A stretch of DNA of 64,000 nucleotides from contig CM022678.1 in NCBI GenBank assembly GCA_012295275.1, positions 620,001 to 684,000 on the forward strand. Direction: 5' to 3'. The stretch comes from Chrysomallon squamiferum (lineage: Eukaryota; Animalia; Mollusca). Within the stretch, counting starts at the first letter, position 1. Each line of letters starts with the position of its first letter. Both the position numbers and the translations under genes were made by a program. Under the pieces are notes generated by a model. That model saw only the letters and a program-made list of their open reading frames with translations, was not told the DNA's origin and did no database searches. Shown here in pieces: positions 12,007-24,900 of this stretch.

Positions 12007-15000
12007 AATAATAATAATAATAATAAAGCCCAAGAAACGAAAAGAAAAAGGTTGTTTGGCGAGACCTGATAAATTGCCACATGTTGAAAGTTAGCAGATG
12101 TTAACATCAAATTGTTGCATGCAGAAACTGGATAATCCTCAAGAACTTCATAATTCGCTTGAGAAAAACCAACTAAAATGTACTTTTATTGTTCTGTCAG
12201 AACATGTCAGCGAAGTGTTCTGTGTTTTACCCTGCATGTGAGCTGAACTCAGTCATTTCACCCCACCCCAAGTCACCTACATCTTTGTGTTTTGAAGTGT
12301 ACATTGTCAGCTCTTTACGTGGGTATTTCCATTCTGAACGCAATGCTGAATTATAATTAGGTATTTTATTGTATTTTAAAGTATTGTCTCTTTAAAAGAC
12401 GTCCAATTTCTGGGCTAATTTAGATCAGCTGCTATCTCAGATTTAAGCAATGAATGAAACCAGAATTTGTTTTTTTTAAATAAATTACTAACTAAATAAA
12501 CATTATCTATATATTAAATGATTAAAATATCTACATTTTCGTGTTTCGGTATATAAACTTGTGAAAGATATGAGCTGGCATCAATGAGGATATTCTTAAA
12601 ATGGTGAGTATTTTTTAATTTTTTTTTTTTTTTTTTTTTTTTTGACTTTTTTATTATCAACAATAGGTAATACTTCTTGCAAACTTCTGTCGGACTGGCA
12701 GAGTAGACTTGTTGTAGCGCAGAGTGATCACTGTAATTGATTATAACAGTGATACGTGTATATCGTTGCATTGTCGTAGTTTTGGTATCAACGACAGTCA
12801 GCTGTTCAACCAGTTCAGGTTTCTAAATGCAGTAACACATGCTACTTACAGAAGCGATTAATACATTATTTGAAACCGAAAATCATATATAAAGGACACT
12901 GTTATATAAGCCGCCCCCTCCGATATTTTTCATTTTACGGGTAGGGTTTAGAGCGATGAATAAAGATGGAAACGTCTTAATGTATTCAGTGTTTTGATAT
13001 TATTGGGAAAAAAATCGCAGCCTGATGGTGAGCGCCACAAGAAACGTGTGACAACTCTGCATCTGACCATGATCCCTCGTTGGCCGCTGCCTGGACAACT
13101 GGCAACAAAGACATGTGAACACTACACCTACATTATATATACGCCCAAAGTAAAAGAAAACTGAGAAAATGTACCTTATCCTAGACTTTTTAATCAAATC
13201 AATACAAAATTGCATGGATTTATTTATTTTATTTTATTTTTTCTGTCCTGATAATTGTTTAGAGTAAAAGGATTTTTTTTTTTTTTTTTTTTTACTGAGG
13301 TCATAAATATGAAACAATAAAACTGAGAGAGAAGTCCAACTGATAACTGAGACCACAGACCAATAAGAAATAGGATTTAGGGCATTTTAAAGGTATGGGT
13401 TATTAATTCAATACGAAGAAAGGAACACGACAGCTTTTTGAAATAATTATGGAAATTTGGATTTGGGGACTACGGAAAGTTTTGGAAAAGTTATAGAAAT
13501 TCTGACAGACCAAGTTGTACGAACCCTAAAGAGAAAAACATATTTTTTTTTAGGCTTTCTTTATCTATCTATAATACAGAGTGGGAGGAAAGACAGATTA
13601 AATTTGGTTTGCCAGTTTCTGCATATGCACGCACACTAATACGTTACTACAAATGTTTTACCTAATCGGAAGTTTTCACGTTAACACAATTTTCGGTCTT
13701 GATTGCAATCCGATTTACGCTACTGAAACGGAACCACGTGATTTAAAATGCCGGCATGTTGTTAAAACTGATAATGCAAAACTGTATCTAGTCATCATAT
13801 CTTGCCTCTATTTACTGTCAAAACTCTTTATAATGCTGACATTGGTGTTCAGTTAATGTTGTTATAATGGGTTCAGTGATAATTAATTACTACATATTAA
13901 AAAACTCAATACAAGACCCAAAATACCACAGTGCTTGCCTGCTCAGTAGTCCTAGCGACTAGCAAAACTATACTGAGTTATAAACATGTTTTCTTTTCTT
14001 TATTATTATTATTTATTTATTTTATTTTAATGCTTCATAATCAGGTATTAACAAATGAATTAATAATTATAGTAACAATAATAGTTTTAGTCACACACAT
14101 GTAATTTACCTTTCTAAGTCTTAGACAAATTGTAATCCTACATATATGCACATACAATAGATGACCCATAATAAAAGAGTACACACAAGCACATTGCCTT
14201 TCTCTATAGTTATTTTGAACTGAATTGTAACAATATAAGTGAGTAAATGTTTTATTTGTTTGAATTACTTACATTTACAAACAAGCAGAAACACATACGT
14301 ACATGTACACATTTCAAATTCAACTGTGATTGCCAGTAAATATAGTAAAATTTAATATTATAAGCGTAAAGTGGAAGACAGAAAAAACTTAGAGAGAAAA
14401 TGTTATTTTGAGTCTCTAGATTACATCTGTAGTTAAAGGGTTCAGTGACAAGTAAACATTCAACTGCCTCCAGCATCTGACTCATCTCTCCAGTTAAATG
14501 TTGGATTTGTCAACTGAACTATTGTCATTCCCAGTGCTAAGCTGATTCCACATTCATTCTATATAAAATGTTTGATATACACAAATGTGCTCAAGTGGAT
14601 TCAAAACTGGACTCATGACTGGCCAAGGCAGAAGTGTTAAAGCTTTGTTCTGGATGTAGCCTGTTGCAGGTCACTAATGGACTGATGAGTATAACTCACT
14701 ACCTGTAGGCTAGCTGATGTCCTGTAGGTTTGATCTGTTGAATGCATTCTTATTATCTGTCATCTTTGTGCTTCTGAAGTCAGGCATTGTGCCAAGTTGA
14801 GACTAAATTATTTAGTTGTGCTAGACACTGGAGTTAAAAATCTGTATGTAATTTGTGAGTATACTGCAGTTTGAGAAACAAAACAAAAACATGGAGACAT
14901 GATACACTGACCTGTCACAGTGAAATCAGTTGTAACTCTCATTCAGAAACATGGAACATCATTTTGTTGTTAATCATCACAAAGTTCTAATTACTTGTCA

Positions 15001-15784
15001 CATGTTGTCACTCATCTGTATTTTCTCCAGGTGTATATTTGTGACATTTCCATTTGTATCATTTAGATCACATAATTTACCATCGTGAGACTATAACTAA
15101 AGCTATTCCGATCTTATCTATACATTTATATTGTTTATAAAATTTAATGCAAATAACAAAACTAATAATATAATTTTGTTACTATTCTGATGATTATCAT
15201 ATTTATTACATATCTTAGTAAAACTTTTGTCATAACTGTTGACATAATTTATTACTGTAGTTTAAAAGAATCCTGTAAATGTTTTGTGATAATTATTAGA
15301 AAATATTTTGAATGAACTGATTTTATTCTGATGTAAGAGTAACTAATTACAACAATATTAAGTTTTCACATTAGTAGTGATGTGATAACTACTTTTATAT
15401 AACAAACTAACATCACTATTTACAAAATGAGGACATTTATTAAAACAATCCTCATTTCATTATTTAAAAATACTTTCAGGAATATGTTTATAGAACAAAA
15501 GTTGAGAATGCAATCTGAGCTGTTTTCATTTAGGCAGAGCTGAATGACTTATATATCAAATAGTATGCACTGTCTGTGGATAGGTGTAAATGAAATATCA
15601 CTTGCTGTTAACAAGAAGGAGTAGACTGTGAAGTGACAGTAATCTATTTCTTCTTTTATTGTCTGAATATTCCTACATTGTATCTCTAACCTCATATAAA
15701 TAAAATGACGATAAATGAAACATTTCTTTCTTCATTCTATATTAAAAACAAGTCATTATATTATTATTTTACAGCTCAACCAAT

Positions 15785-15983
15785 ATGGACAACACAAACA
15801 TGAGTTCAGAAGTTTCTTCTAACATCACAGCTGCTGCCACCACAGACAATATCACAGCTGTTTCTGCAATTGTTTCTTCTGTAGAGACTGAGACAGGCGT
15901 TTCTCTCTCTGACGTATCTCAGTCTTCCTTTGACGTCACACAAGAACAACATAATTTACAAGTACCTGTATCATGCAGTTGTG
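15785..15983 (+). CDS. NTPase-ANK gene, first coding exon (Ser/Thr-rich low-complexity N-terminus)
   Basis: Acceptor ttttacag ends 15774, ATG 15785, open frame MDNTNMSSEV...PVSCSC, donor G|gtaata (phase 1). Confidence 0.65.
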
Positions 15984-16599
15984 GTAATATGCTCAGTATT
16001 TTGATATATTGTTTACTTTTTTTTTTTATTTTTATTTTATTTTATTTTTTTTTTTTTTTTTTATATAGGATATTATACACAGTCAAAATTATTTTTACAT
16101 TTCTAATAATAGAATATTTCAATATATTGTTTACTTTATTGATGGTAAATTCTAAAGTGACAAATGTATTATTTACATTTGGAACAATACACTTGTTTCA
16201 ATATTTTGTTTCTTCTATCTTAGTAATTAATAAAATGACACTTTTTTTATTTATATTGATAATGAATTAGCAATTTAAAGCCTTTATGGCCTTTTTGTTT
16301 CACAGATCAAAACATTAAAGCAAAATACACAATAGATACTGTTTGATTATTTCATCATAACCATTATAATTATTCTTTTATTTAGTGTTATACATTTTAA
16401 TACAGTAAAGTAATATTTATTTCATAGGACATACGCATAAAGAGTTAAAAGCAGTTTTAACATATATTATTATATTTAATAATACTTTTAACAAAAAACC
16501 AGATTGTATTAATATTGTATGTTGTCCTTAGATATAAACACATTTTTAAAACTTATACTTCTGAGTTGTAATGTTTAAAAAATGTACTCTGTTTCACAG

Positions 16600-16686
16600 A
16601 TACTCCAATAATACAACTTGTACAACGGAAACTAAAAATATCTGACTGTGGAAATGTTCTAATAGGAGACAATAGCACTTTAATCA
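16600..16686 (+). CDS. NTPase-ANK gene, 87-bp symmetric exon encoding a RHIM-like motif
   Basis: gtttcacag|...|gtaagt, phase 1-1, reads DTPIIQLVQRKLKISDCGNVLIGDNSTLI. Confidence 0.65.
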
Positions 16687-17146
16687 GTAAGTTGAAAACT
16701 AAAGTTGTTTTCTTTTCTCTAGATGTTTAGTTGATAACAGAACACACATGTGACATATTGATTCTCAAGGAGATGTGTCCAGATTCTGAGATATGAATAG
16801 ATTTGGCATCCACGTGAAATGTTGTCTCTAATGTATCATGTATACGTCTTGGAAACTGACTAAGTTGTAGTAAGATACGCATTTGTTAAAAATCCCTTGA
16901 AAATTCATAAGTAGCATACAACAGAATACCCCATGAATAACTTGCTGAAATGTTCTTGTGTTGAATACAGCAGGTCAGAAATATGAAAATGTATGAGTCC
17001 AGATGATCTGTGTCAGATTAAAAACAGACTGTAGAAGAAATACTTTGTAGAAGTATCAGTTTTATTAACAGTTTGAAGTGCATTATTTCACTTCATGTCT
17101 CACAGTTACAACCTTTTATTACCATCTCATTATGTGCAAGTACACT

Positions 17147-17193
<47 letters not shown>

Positions 17194-17640
17194 ATGTATG
17201 TATGCGATGTTAGTGGATGTTACCTAAAACAGCAGTGAAATACACAAGTAAAACCTAAGTAACAGACAGGTTGACATCACCAAGCTCACTCAGTAACTGT
17301 TTAGAGGTAATTTTACTTTGTGCTGACCTTCTACCAATTACACAGCTAAATTTTCCCATGACAAAACTACTTATTTTTCATTAAATGAAACTAAAAATTT
17401 TGACACCATTAATGTTGGCCAGAATGCAAAGCCCACTTGTCATATGTGACCTGTGTCAACCAATAACCAGTACACTTCCAAGGATTCTGTGATCTTCTGT
17501 TCTCTGCTAAACTTTATTTCACCTGTTTCTGAACACTGCTTTTAAAATCATCATTTTCATTATCTTACATGTATATGCATGTTTTACATGTAGGCTTTGA
17601 ATGTAAATAATTTATTTTTCTGTATTTGCAACAACATAAG

Positions 17641-17728
17641 CAGTGGTAGAACATAATGTAAATATGAGCACACAAAAACCAGTCTACTAACACGAACATT
17701 GTATCAGGAGGTGCAGCTGTTGACACCA
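17641..17728 (+). CDS. Possible NTPase-ANK exon with a +1 frameshift
   Basis: Strong donor a|gtaagt at 17729, weak acceptor. The 88 bp becomes an open 87-bp phase 1-1 exon (VVEHNVNMSTQNQSTNTNIVSGGAAVDT) if one A of the run at 17674-17678 is removed. Confidence 0.35.
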
Positions 17729-18620
17729 GTAAGTGAAAACCTGAATCATATTTAATAGATAACAGAACTATATGTCGTTTGTCATTAGCATTTTATTGTT
17801 GACCCAAAATTTATGCTGTGCTGAATAATGGTTTCCTCATGATTGAAATTAAACCACCATTCACCACATCAACAGCAATGGCCTGAGTGACAGTAAATAT
17901 TTCTCACTGTAGAAATTTTATATTAGGAGACAAAAGCAATATAATGAAAATAATCCTAAGGAAAGGAATGAAGTAGCAAGAAAACCAGCATTTAAAACTG
18001 GTAAAATAAAAATTGAAAGTTTTCTTTTCTCTATCTGTTCAATAGGTAATACAATACATATCACAGTAATCATTAGTACTTTTCTATCACACGTGAAAAA
18101 CACAGAAACACACATACATATACATACACGATACACACTCACACACACATAAATTACAAGTATTGTCACTCTTATCTTGATTTTCTTGTTAAGATCATTC
18201 AGCATAAATTAAACCTGGCAATATATGATTATATCTCATTTTTATCACTTCCAAATACTGAAATACAGTACAAAGAACATAATAAATAAATAAATAAATA
18301 AATATATAAATAATAATAATAATAATAATCATAATAATAATCATAATAATAATCATAATCATAATCATAATCGTAACCATAACAATAATTATAATTGTAA
18401 TAATAATATGAACAATAACAATAGTGATAAAAAACAACAACAGCAGTGGTTTTAATAATAGTAGTAATAATTACAGTAAAATAGATAACGAAGGTATAAT
18501 AATAATGTTACGTGTTAACAGTTCCCTGAATAAAGTACAGAGTAGTTGTACAGATCAGTTTCATCATTTCTTTTACTCATCATCAATAACACAAATTTGT
18601 TTTATTTTATATTATTTCAG

Positions 18621-18650
18621 TAAAGAGAGATAGAAAATCGACTATCAAAG
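18621..18650 (+). CDS. NTPase-ANK gene, 30-bp micro-exon
   Basis: attatttcag|...aaag|gtatta, phase 1-1, reads IKRDRKSTIK and splices in frame to 18988. Confidence 0.55.
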
Positions 18651-18672
18651 GTATTATTATTATTAATATTAA

Positions 18673-18745
<73 letters not shown>

Positions 18746-18987
18746 TGTAGTTTCCAAAGATAACCATCTTGTTTCTTTTACCGCATCTGAAATTGTCACA
18801 TCTTATTACCTTCATTAAATTCTAATGAACTAAAATTACAACAAACTATTGTATTTTTTTAAATTTCATATCTAATGACCAGTTAAAAATTAGATTATTT
18901 ATATATGAATAGTAAAATATGCTCTAAACCATCAATTATACATGATTTCTTTATTTATTTTTTTATTTTTTTTAATGTTGTGATCAG

Positions 18988-21900
18988 AGTGCACCAGGTC
19001 AATGTTAAACTCAGTTGACTGGAGTGTCTATGTTGAAACAAGAGCAGAGAAAAGAGGTGTTGCACTTTTGAAGAAGAACGGTGTTGTGATTGTAGTAGGA
19101 AGTTCAGGTTCAGGAAAGACAACTCTTGCGTTAAGCATGATGAGACAGATAGAAAAAGAAGAAAAAAGAGAATCTTACTTGCTGACTCATCACTCTGAAT
19201 TCAGTGACATCTCTCTATCTAGAAATAAGAAATATGTTGTTCTCATTGATGATATATTTGGTAAGACTAATCTTGTTTCACATTTTATAGAGTCATGGAA
19301 ACAGAAATTTCCAGCGATATGGAATCTTGTTGAGGATGGTTCTGTGAAATGTATTATTACTTTAAGAAAAAAAGTATTTTCAGAAACTGAAACTAGTTTG
19401 AAGGAATTTGGTCTGTTTAGTGAGAAACATGTTCATGATCTGCAGAGTGATGACTGTTGTCTGAATTATGATGAAAAGAAAGAAATTCTAAACAAATATC
19501 TCGAACAAAACGATGTTCCAATGGATGAAAATGATAAAAGTACTGTCATTTACAGTTCATGTACTGAGTTAGGATTTCCTCAGATGTGTGTGTATTATGT
19601 TAATTCAAGTGATGCACGAAAAAGAGGAATTGAGTTTTTTATGAAACCTATAGAATATCTCACACAGCAGCTGGAAAATTTGAAAAAAGACAAATCTTTA
19701 CAGATCAATTACCTGGTTCTACTGCTGATTTTGTTCAAAGAAGGCTGTCTCAGCATTGATTCACCGGACCCATCTGAAAATGACACTGACAGTGACATAA
19801 TGAAATTAGTAAGACAACTAGAGCAAGCCTGTAGAGGTTTGAAAAACACTAATCTTACAGAGATCAAGGAAACAGCTGATGAAATGTGTGGTACCTATTT
19901 GAAGTGTTGTGACAATAAATACACATTTATTCACCAGTCAGTATTCGATTGTTTGTTTCTCGTGTTTTCATCAGAGTTTCCAAAGAAAGGAGCAGAAGTG
20001 TGTCCTGTCTCCATGTTGTTAGAATATGTTGTGACGCCTGGAGTGTCTAACAAAAGTCACATTACGATGACTGTGAAATCTGAACACTTTGATGTTCTTG
20101 CTCACAGATTTACCGAATTGCTTGCATCAGACAATTTCATAGAAATTGTTTCACATCCATCATTGAAAGATGAAGAGTTTATAAAATACCTGATAGAAGA
20201 AAAACACTTTTATGGTAGGTTGTCTGAAATTTTACAGCAAAGACTATCTGGAGAACGTCAAAATCAATATTGTTATATGTCATTTGAACATGTAAAATCA
20301 ACTGAAATTATTAATGATATTTCATATCTTCTTGACAATGATTCAAGGTTTCGTGGTAAGTACGCATTTCCTTTCAGTCTTGAAGGAAATGTTATTAATT
20401 CAACATCTGTTCCAAGTGAGTGTATCGCGAATAGACATAGAATATTGTCAAGATATTTCACATCAAATCTGTGTCAAATGAAATTGTTCAAAGTGTTTAA
20501 AATGATAATATCAAGATATTTTACAACAAAGCTGTTTGAAACGGACTTACCAAACATGAAAAAAGAACTTTTGGATATTTCTTGTTTGTTTGGTGATGAA
20601 GATGTTGTGAGAATGTTACTAAAATCAGGTATTATTCCAACATTTGATACATTCAGTGCAGCTGCTTGTTCAAAAACAGACAGTGCTACCATACTCAAAG
20701 AATTGTTACAGTATAAAAAAGACATGAAATTGAATGTGTGTTCTGACTTGTTACATACATCAATTTGTTCAGGTAACATGAACATTGCCTGTCTGTTAGC
20801 TGATATGATAAACAATAAGAAACACAACAGTGAAATCAAGGAAGAAGCTGTGAAACTGTTGTTGGTTAGTTTCTATAGACATAATACTACTGCAGTTGAG
20901 ATGTTTAAAGTGGATGTAAGCCATCTATTTAAGAAACTGATTACCACTGATATAATAAACAAAATTAAGCACATTGCTATCGTTGCTGCTTGTCAGAATA
21001 GTTCAAGTGTTATAAAAGAAATAGTGAAACTGAAACCTGATTGTTTAAATGCTGAGAACAGAGATAAAGTACTTTTAGCAGCAGCAATGTGGGGATCTAC
21101 TGACACAGTGAATTTTCTCATTGAACAGAGACGTAATGAAACAGATGAGAACAACTGGAAGAAAAGTGAAGTACTGAAAGTGGCAGTGATGTTTAACAGA
21201 GTAGATGTTGTTCAGTGTCTACTTGATAAAGGAGCTGATCCTAATGTGGATGTAGCTGTTAACAAGAATTTGGTTCAGTCGTTTAAAGAGGAAACTGAAG
21301 TGGTAGTGTTGACTTCAGACTCACCTCTCCACATTTCAGTTCTGCGTGGCGACTTAGATATATTAAAATTACTGATAGAGAGAAATGCTGATGTTAATGC
21401 AGTAAACAGTAAGGGAGAAACTCCATTTCATGAAGCTGCAAAAGCAGTGAGGCACAGAAAGGAAATAGCTTTGTTGTTACTAGAAAACAATACTGATATT
21501 AACATAAGAGATAAACGAAAAAATACAGCATTGCACATAGCCTCTCAAATTGACATAGATCAGGTAAAAAACATAGTAAAGAAAGGCATTGAAATAGATA
21601 TAAGAAACACTGCAGGTGAAACTCCTCTTTTTGTATCCTTAAATAATAACAGACCAGAAATAGCTTCGTACTTACTAAAGCAAGGAGCTAATCCTAATAT
21701 AACAGACAATGATAACAATTCTGTTTTACATTTAGCAGCTAAAGAGGGAAATACAGAAATTGTGACAGAACTGATTCAAAAAAATATTGATGTAAATATC
21801 AAAAACAGTCAAGGGAAAACTCCTCTTTTTAAAGCTTTGAATTTTGATGATCGTTTTCCTTATAATCGTCCTGCTGGATTCTTTCGTAATAGCAAAGTAA

Positions 21901-24900
21901 TTTTGTATTTACTTGGACTTGGAGCTGATACTAATATAGCAGACAGTGATAACAATTCAATTTTGCACGAAGCAGCTGAATATGGAAATCTAGAAATTGT
22001 GACCGCACTGATTGAAAAAGGTTTTGACGTAAATATTAAAAACAGCCAAGGTCAAACTCCTCTTTTTACAGCTCTTACTTACAATCAACTTCATCCGTCT
22101 CTGAAGAATGGAAAATGTAAAGTAGCTTTGTATTTGTTGGAACATGGAGCTGATCCTAACATGACAGACAATGATGGCAATTCTATTTTACACCTAGCAG
22201 CGGAACAAGGAAATACAGAACTTGTAAAAGCACTGACTGAAAAAGGTGCAGACGTAAATATTAGAAACAACAAAGGTGCAACACCTGTTTTTATAGCTGT
22301 TGGGGCTAAACAGACAAAAATAGTTTTGTATTTACTGGAACATGGAGCTCATCCTATTTTAACAGAGTGTGATAATATTTCTGTTTTACACGCAGCAGCT
22401 CTAAATGGAAATATAGAAATTATGACCGCACTGATTGAGAAAGGTTTTGATATAAATATTAAAGAAAACGGAGGTGAAACTCCTCTTTCTACAGCTCTTT
22501 CTGAATGTAAACTTGATCCATCTCTGATGGATGAAAGATGTAAAACAGTTTTGTTTTTACTGGAACATGGAGCTGATCCTAATATGAGACACAATAATAA
22601 CAATTCTGTTTTACAGCTGGCAGCTGGACATGGAAATCTAGAAATTGTGACAGCACTAACTGACAAAGGTGTTGATGTAAATATTAAAAACAACCAAGGT
22701 CAGACTTCTCTTTTTACAGCTGTTACTCACTGTAAACTTGATCCATCTCTGATGGATGAAAGATGTAAAGTATTTTTGTATTTACTGGAACTTGGGTGTG
22801 ATCCTAATTTAATAGACAATGATAACAACTCTGTTTTACACCTAGCAGCTATACATGGAAATCTAGAAGTTGTCACAGCACTGATTAAAAAAGGTGTTGA
22901 TGTGAACATTAGAAACAGCCATGGTCAAACTCCTCTTTTTTACACTTTTATTGAATGTATAATTGATCCATCTCTAAGGGATGAAAAATATAAAATATTT
23001 TTATATTTACTGGAACATGGAGCTGATCCTAATTTAATAGACAATTATAACAATTCTGTTTTACAAACGGCAGCTGCACATGGAAATCTAGAAATTGTGA
23101 CAGCACTGATTAAAAAAGGTGTTGATGTGAATATTAGAAACAGTCAAGATGCAAATATTCTTTGCGTAGCTCTTTCTTACTGTAATCGTGATCAATCTCT
23201 GAAGAATGAAAAATGTAAAATAGTCTTGTATTTCCTGGAACATGGAGTTAATCCTCATTTAACGGATAATGATAAGAATTCTGTTTTACACTTAGCACCT
23301 AAACATGGATATACAGAAATTCTGCCTGCACTGATTGAAAAAGGCGTTGATGTGAATATTAAAAACAGCCGAGGTGAAACTCCTCTTTTTACAGCTGTTA
23401 AGTGTAAAATAAACAAAGCTGCTTTGTATTTACTGGAACATGGAGCTGATCCTAATGTAACAGACAATTATAACCATTCTGTTTTACACCTTGCAGCTGC
23501 ACATGGAAATATAGAAATTGTGAGAGCATTGATTGAAAAGGGTGCTGATGTAAATATTAGAAACAAGCTAGCTATGACTCCTCTCTTTACAGCTCTTGCT
23601 GTTTATCTGCTTCATCCATCTCTGAAGGATGAACGATGTAAAGTATTTTTTTATTTACTGGAACATGGAGCTGATCCTAATTTAACAGACAATGATAACA
23701 ATTCTGTTTTACACATAGCAGCTCATGATGGAAATATAGAAACTGTGACAGCACTGATTGAAAAAGGTGCTGATGTAAATATTAGAAACAGGGTAGGTGC
23801 AAATGCTTTATTTACAACTGTTGTTAACCGTAAACTTGAACCATCTCTGAAGAATGAAAAATGTAAAGTATTTCTGTATTTACTGGAACATGGAGCTGAT
23901 CCTAATTTAACAGATAGTAATAGCTATTCTGTTTTACACTTAGCAGCTGGATTAGGAAATATGGAAATTGTGAAAGCATGGATTGAGAAAGGTTTTGATA
24001 TAAATATTAAAACCAGCCGAGGTGAAACTTCCCTATATATAGCTGTTCAGTGTACACAGAACAAAGTAGCTTTGTATTTACTGGAACATGAAGCTAATCC
24101 TAATTTAACAGACAGTGATAACAATTCTGTTTTACACTTAGCAGCTATAAAGGGAAATATAGAAATTGTGACTGCACTGATTGAAAAAGGTGCTGATGTG
24201 AATATCAAAACCTGCCAAGGCCACACTGCTCTTTATGCAGCTGTTTGTTACTGTGTACTTGATCCATCTCTGAATAATGAAAAATATAAAGTATTTTTCT
24301 ATTTACTGGAACACGGAGCTGATCCTAATTTATCAGACAATGATAACAATTCTGTTTTACACCTAGCAGCTGAACATGGAAATATAGAAACTGTGACAGC
24401 ACTGATTGAAAAAGGTGCTGATGTAAATGTTATAAACAGCCAACGTCAAACTCCTCTTTTTGCAGCTGTTTCTTACTGTGTTCGTGATCTATCTCTCAAT
24501 AATGAAAAATATAAAGTATTTTTATATTTACTAGAACACGGAGCTGATCCTAATTTAACAGACAATGATAACAATTCTGTTTTATACCTAGCAGCTTATC
24601 GTGGAAACATCGAAATTGTGACAGCACTGATTGAAAAAGGTGTTGATGTAAATATTGGAATCAGCGAAGGTAGAACACCTCTTTTTGCAGCCATTATTGG
24701 CTATCATCCTGATCGATCTCTGAAGGATGAAAAATATCAAGTATTTTTCTATTTACTGGAAAATGGAGCTGATCCTAATTTAACAGACTATGATAACCAT
24801 TCTGCTTTACACATAGCAGCTGGAAAATTAAATATAGAAATTGTGACAGCACTGATTGAAAAAGGTGTTGATGTGAATATTAGAAACAGCCTAGGTCTCA

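Noticed and set aside
11798-12110. Poly-Met, poly-His and poly-Ser ORFs, and similar homopolymer ORFs elsewhere (8551-8790, 53970-54491, 62658-63256)
   Set aside because: They are translations of tri- and dinucleotide microsatellites.
12872-12881. IRF/ISRE-like GAAACCGAAA upstream of the NTPase-ANK gene (another GAAANNGAAA on the minus strand near 1985)
   Set aside because: Attractive for an immune gene, but several such 10-mers are expected by chance in 64 kb of AT-rich DNA and the TSS is unknown.
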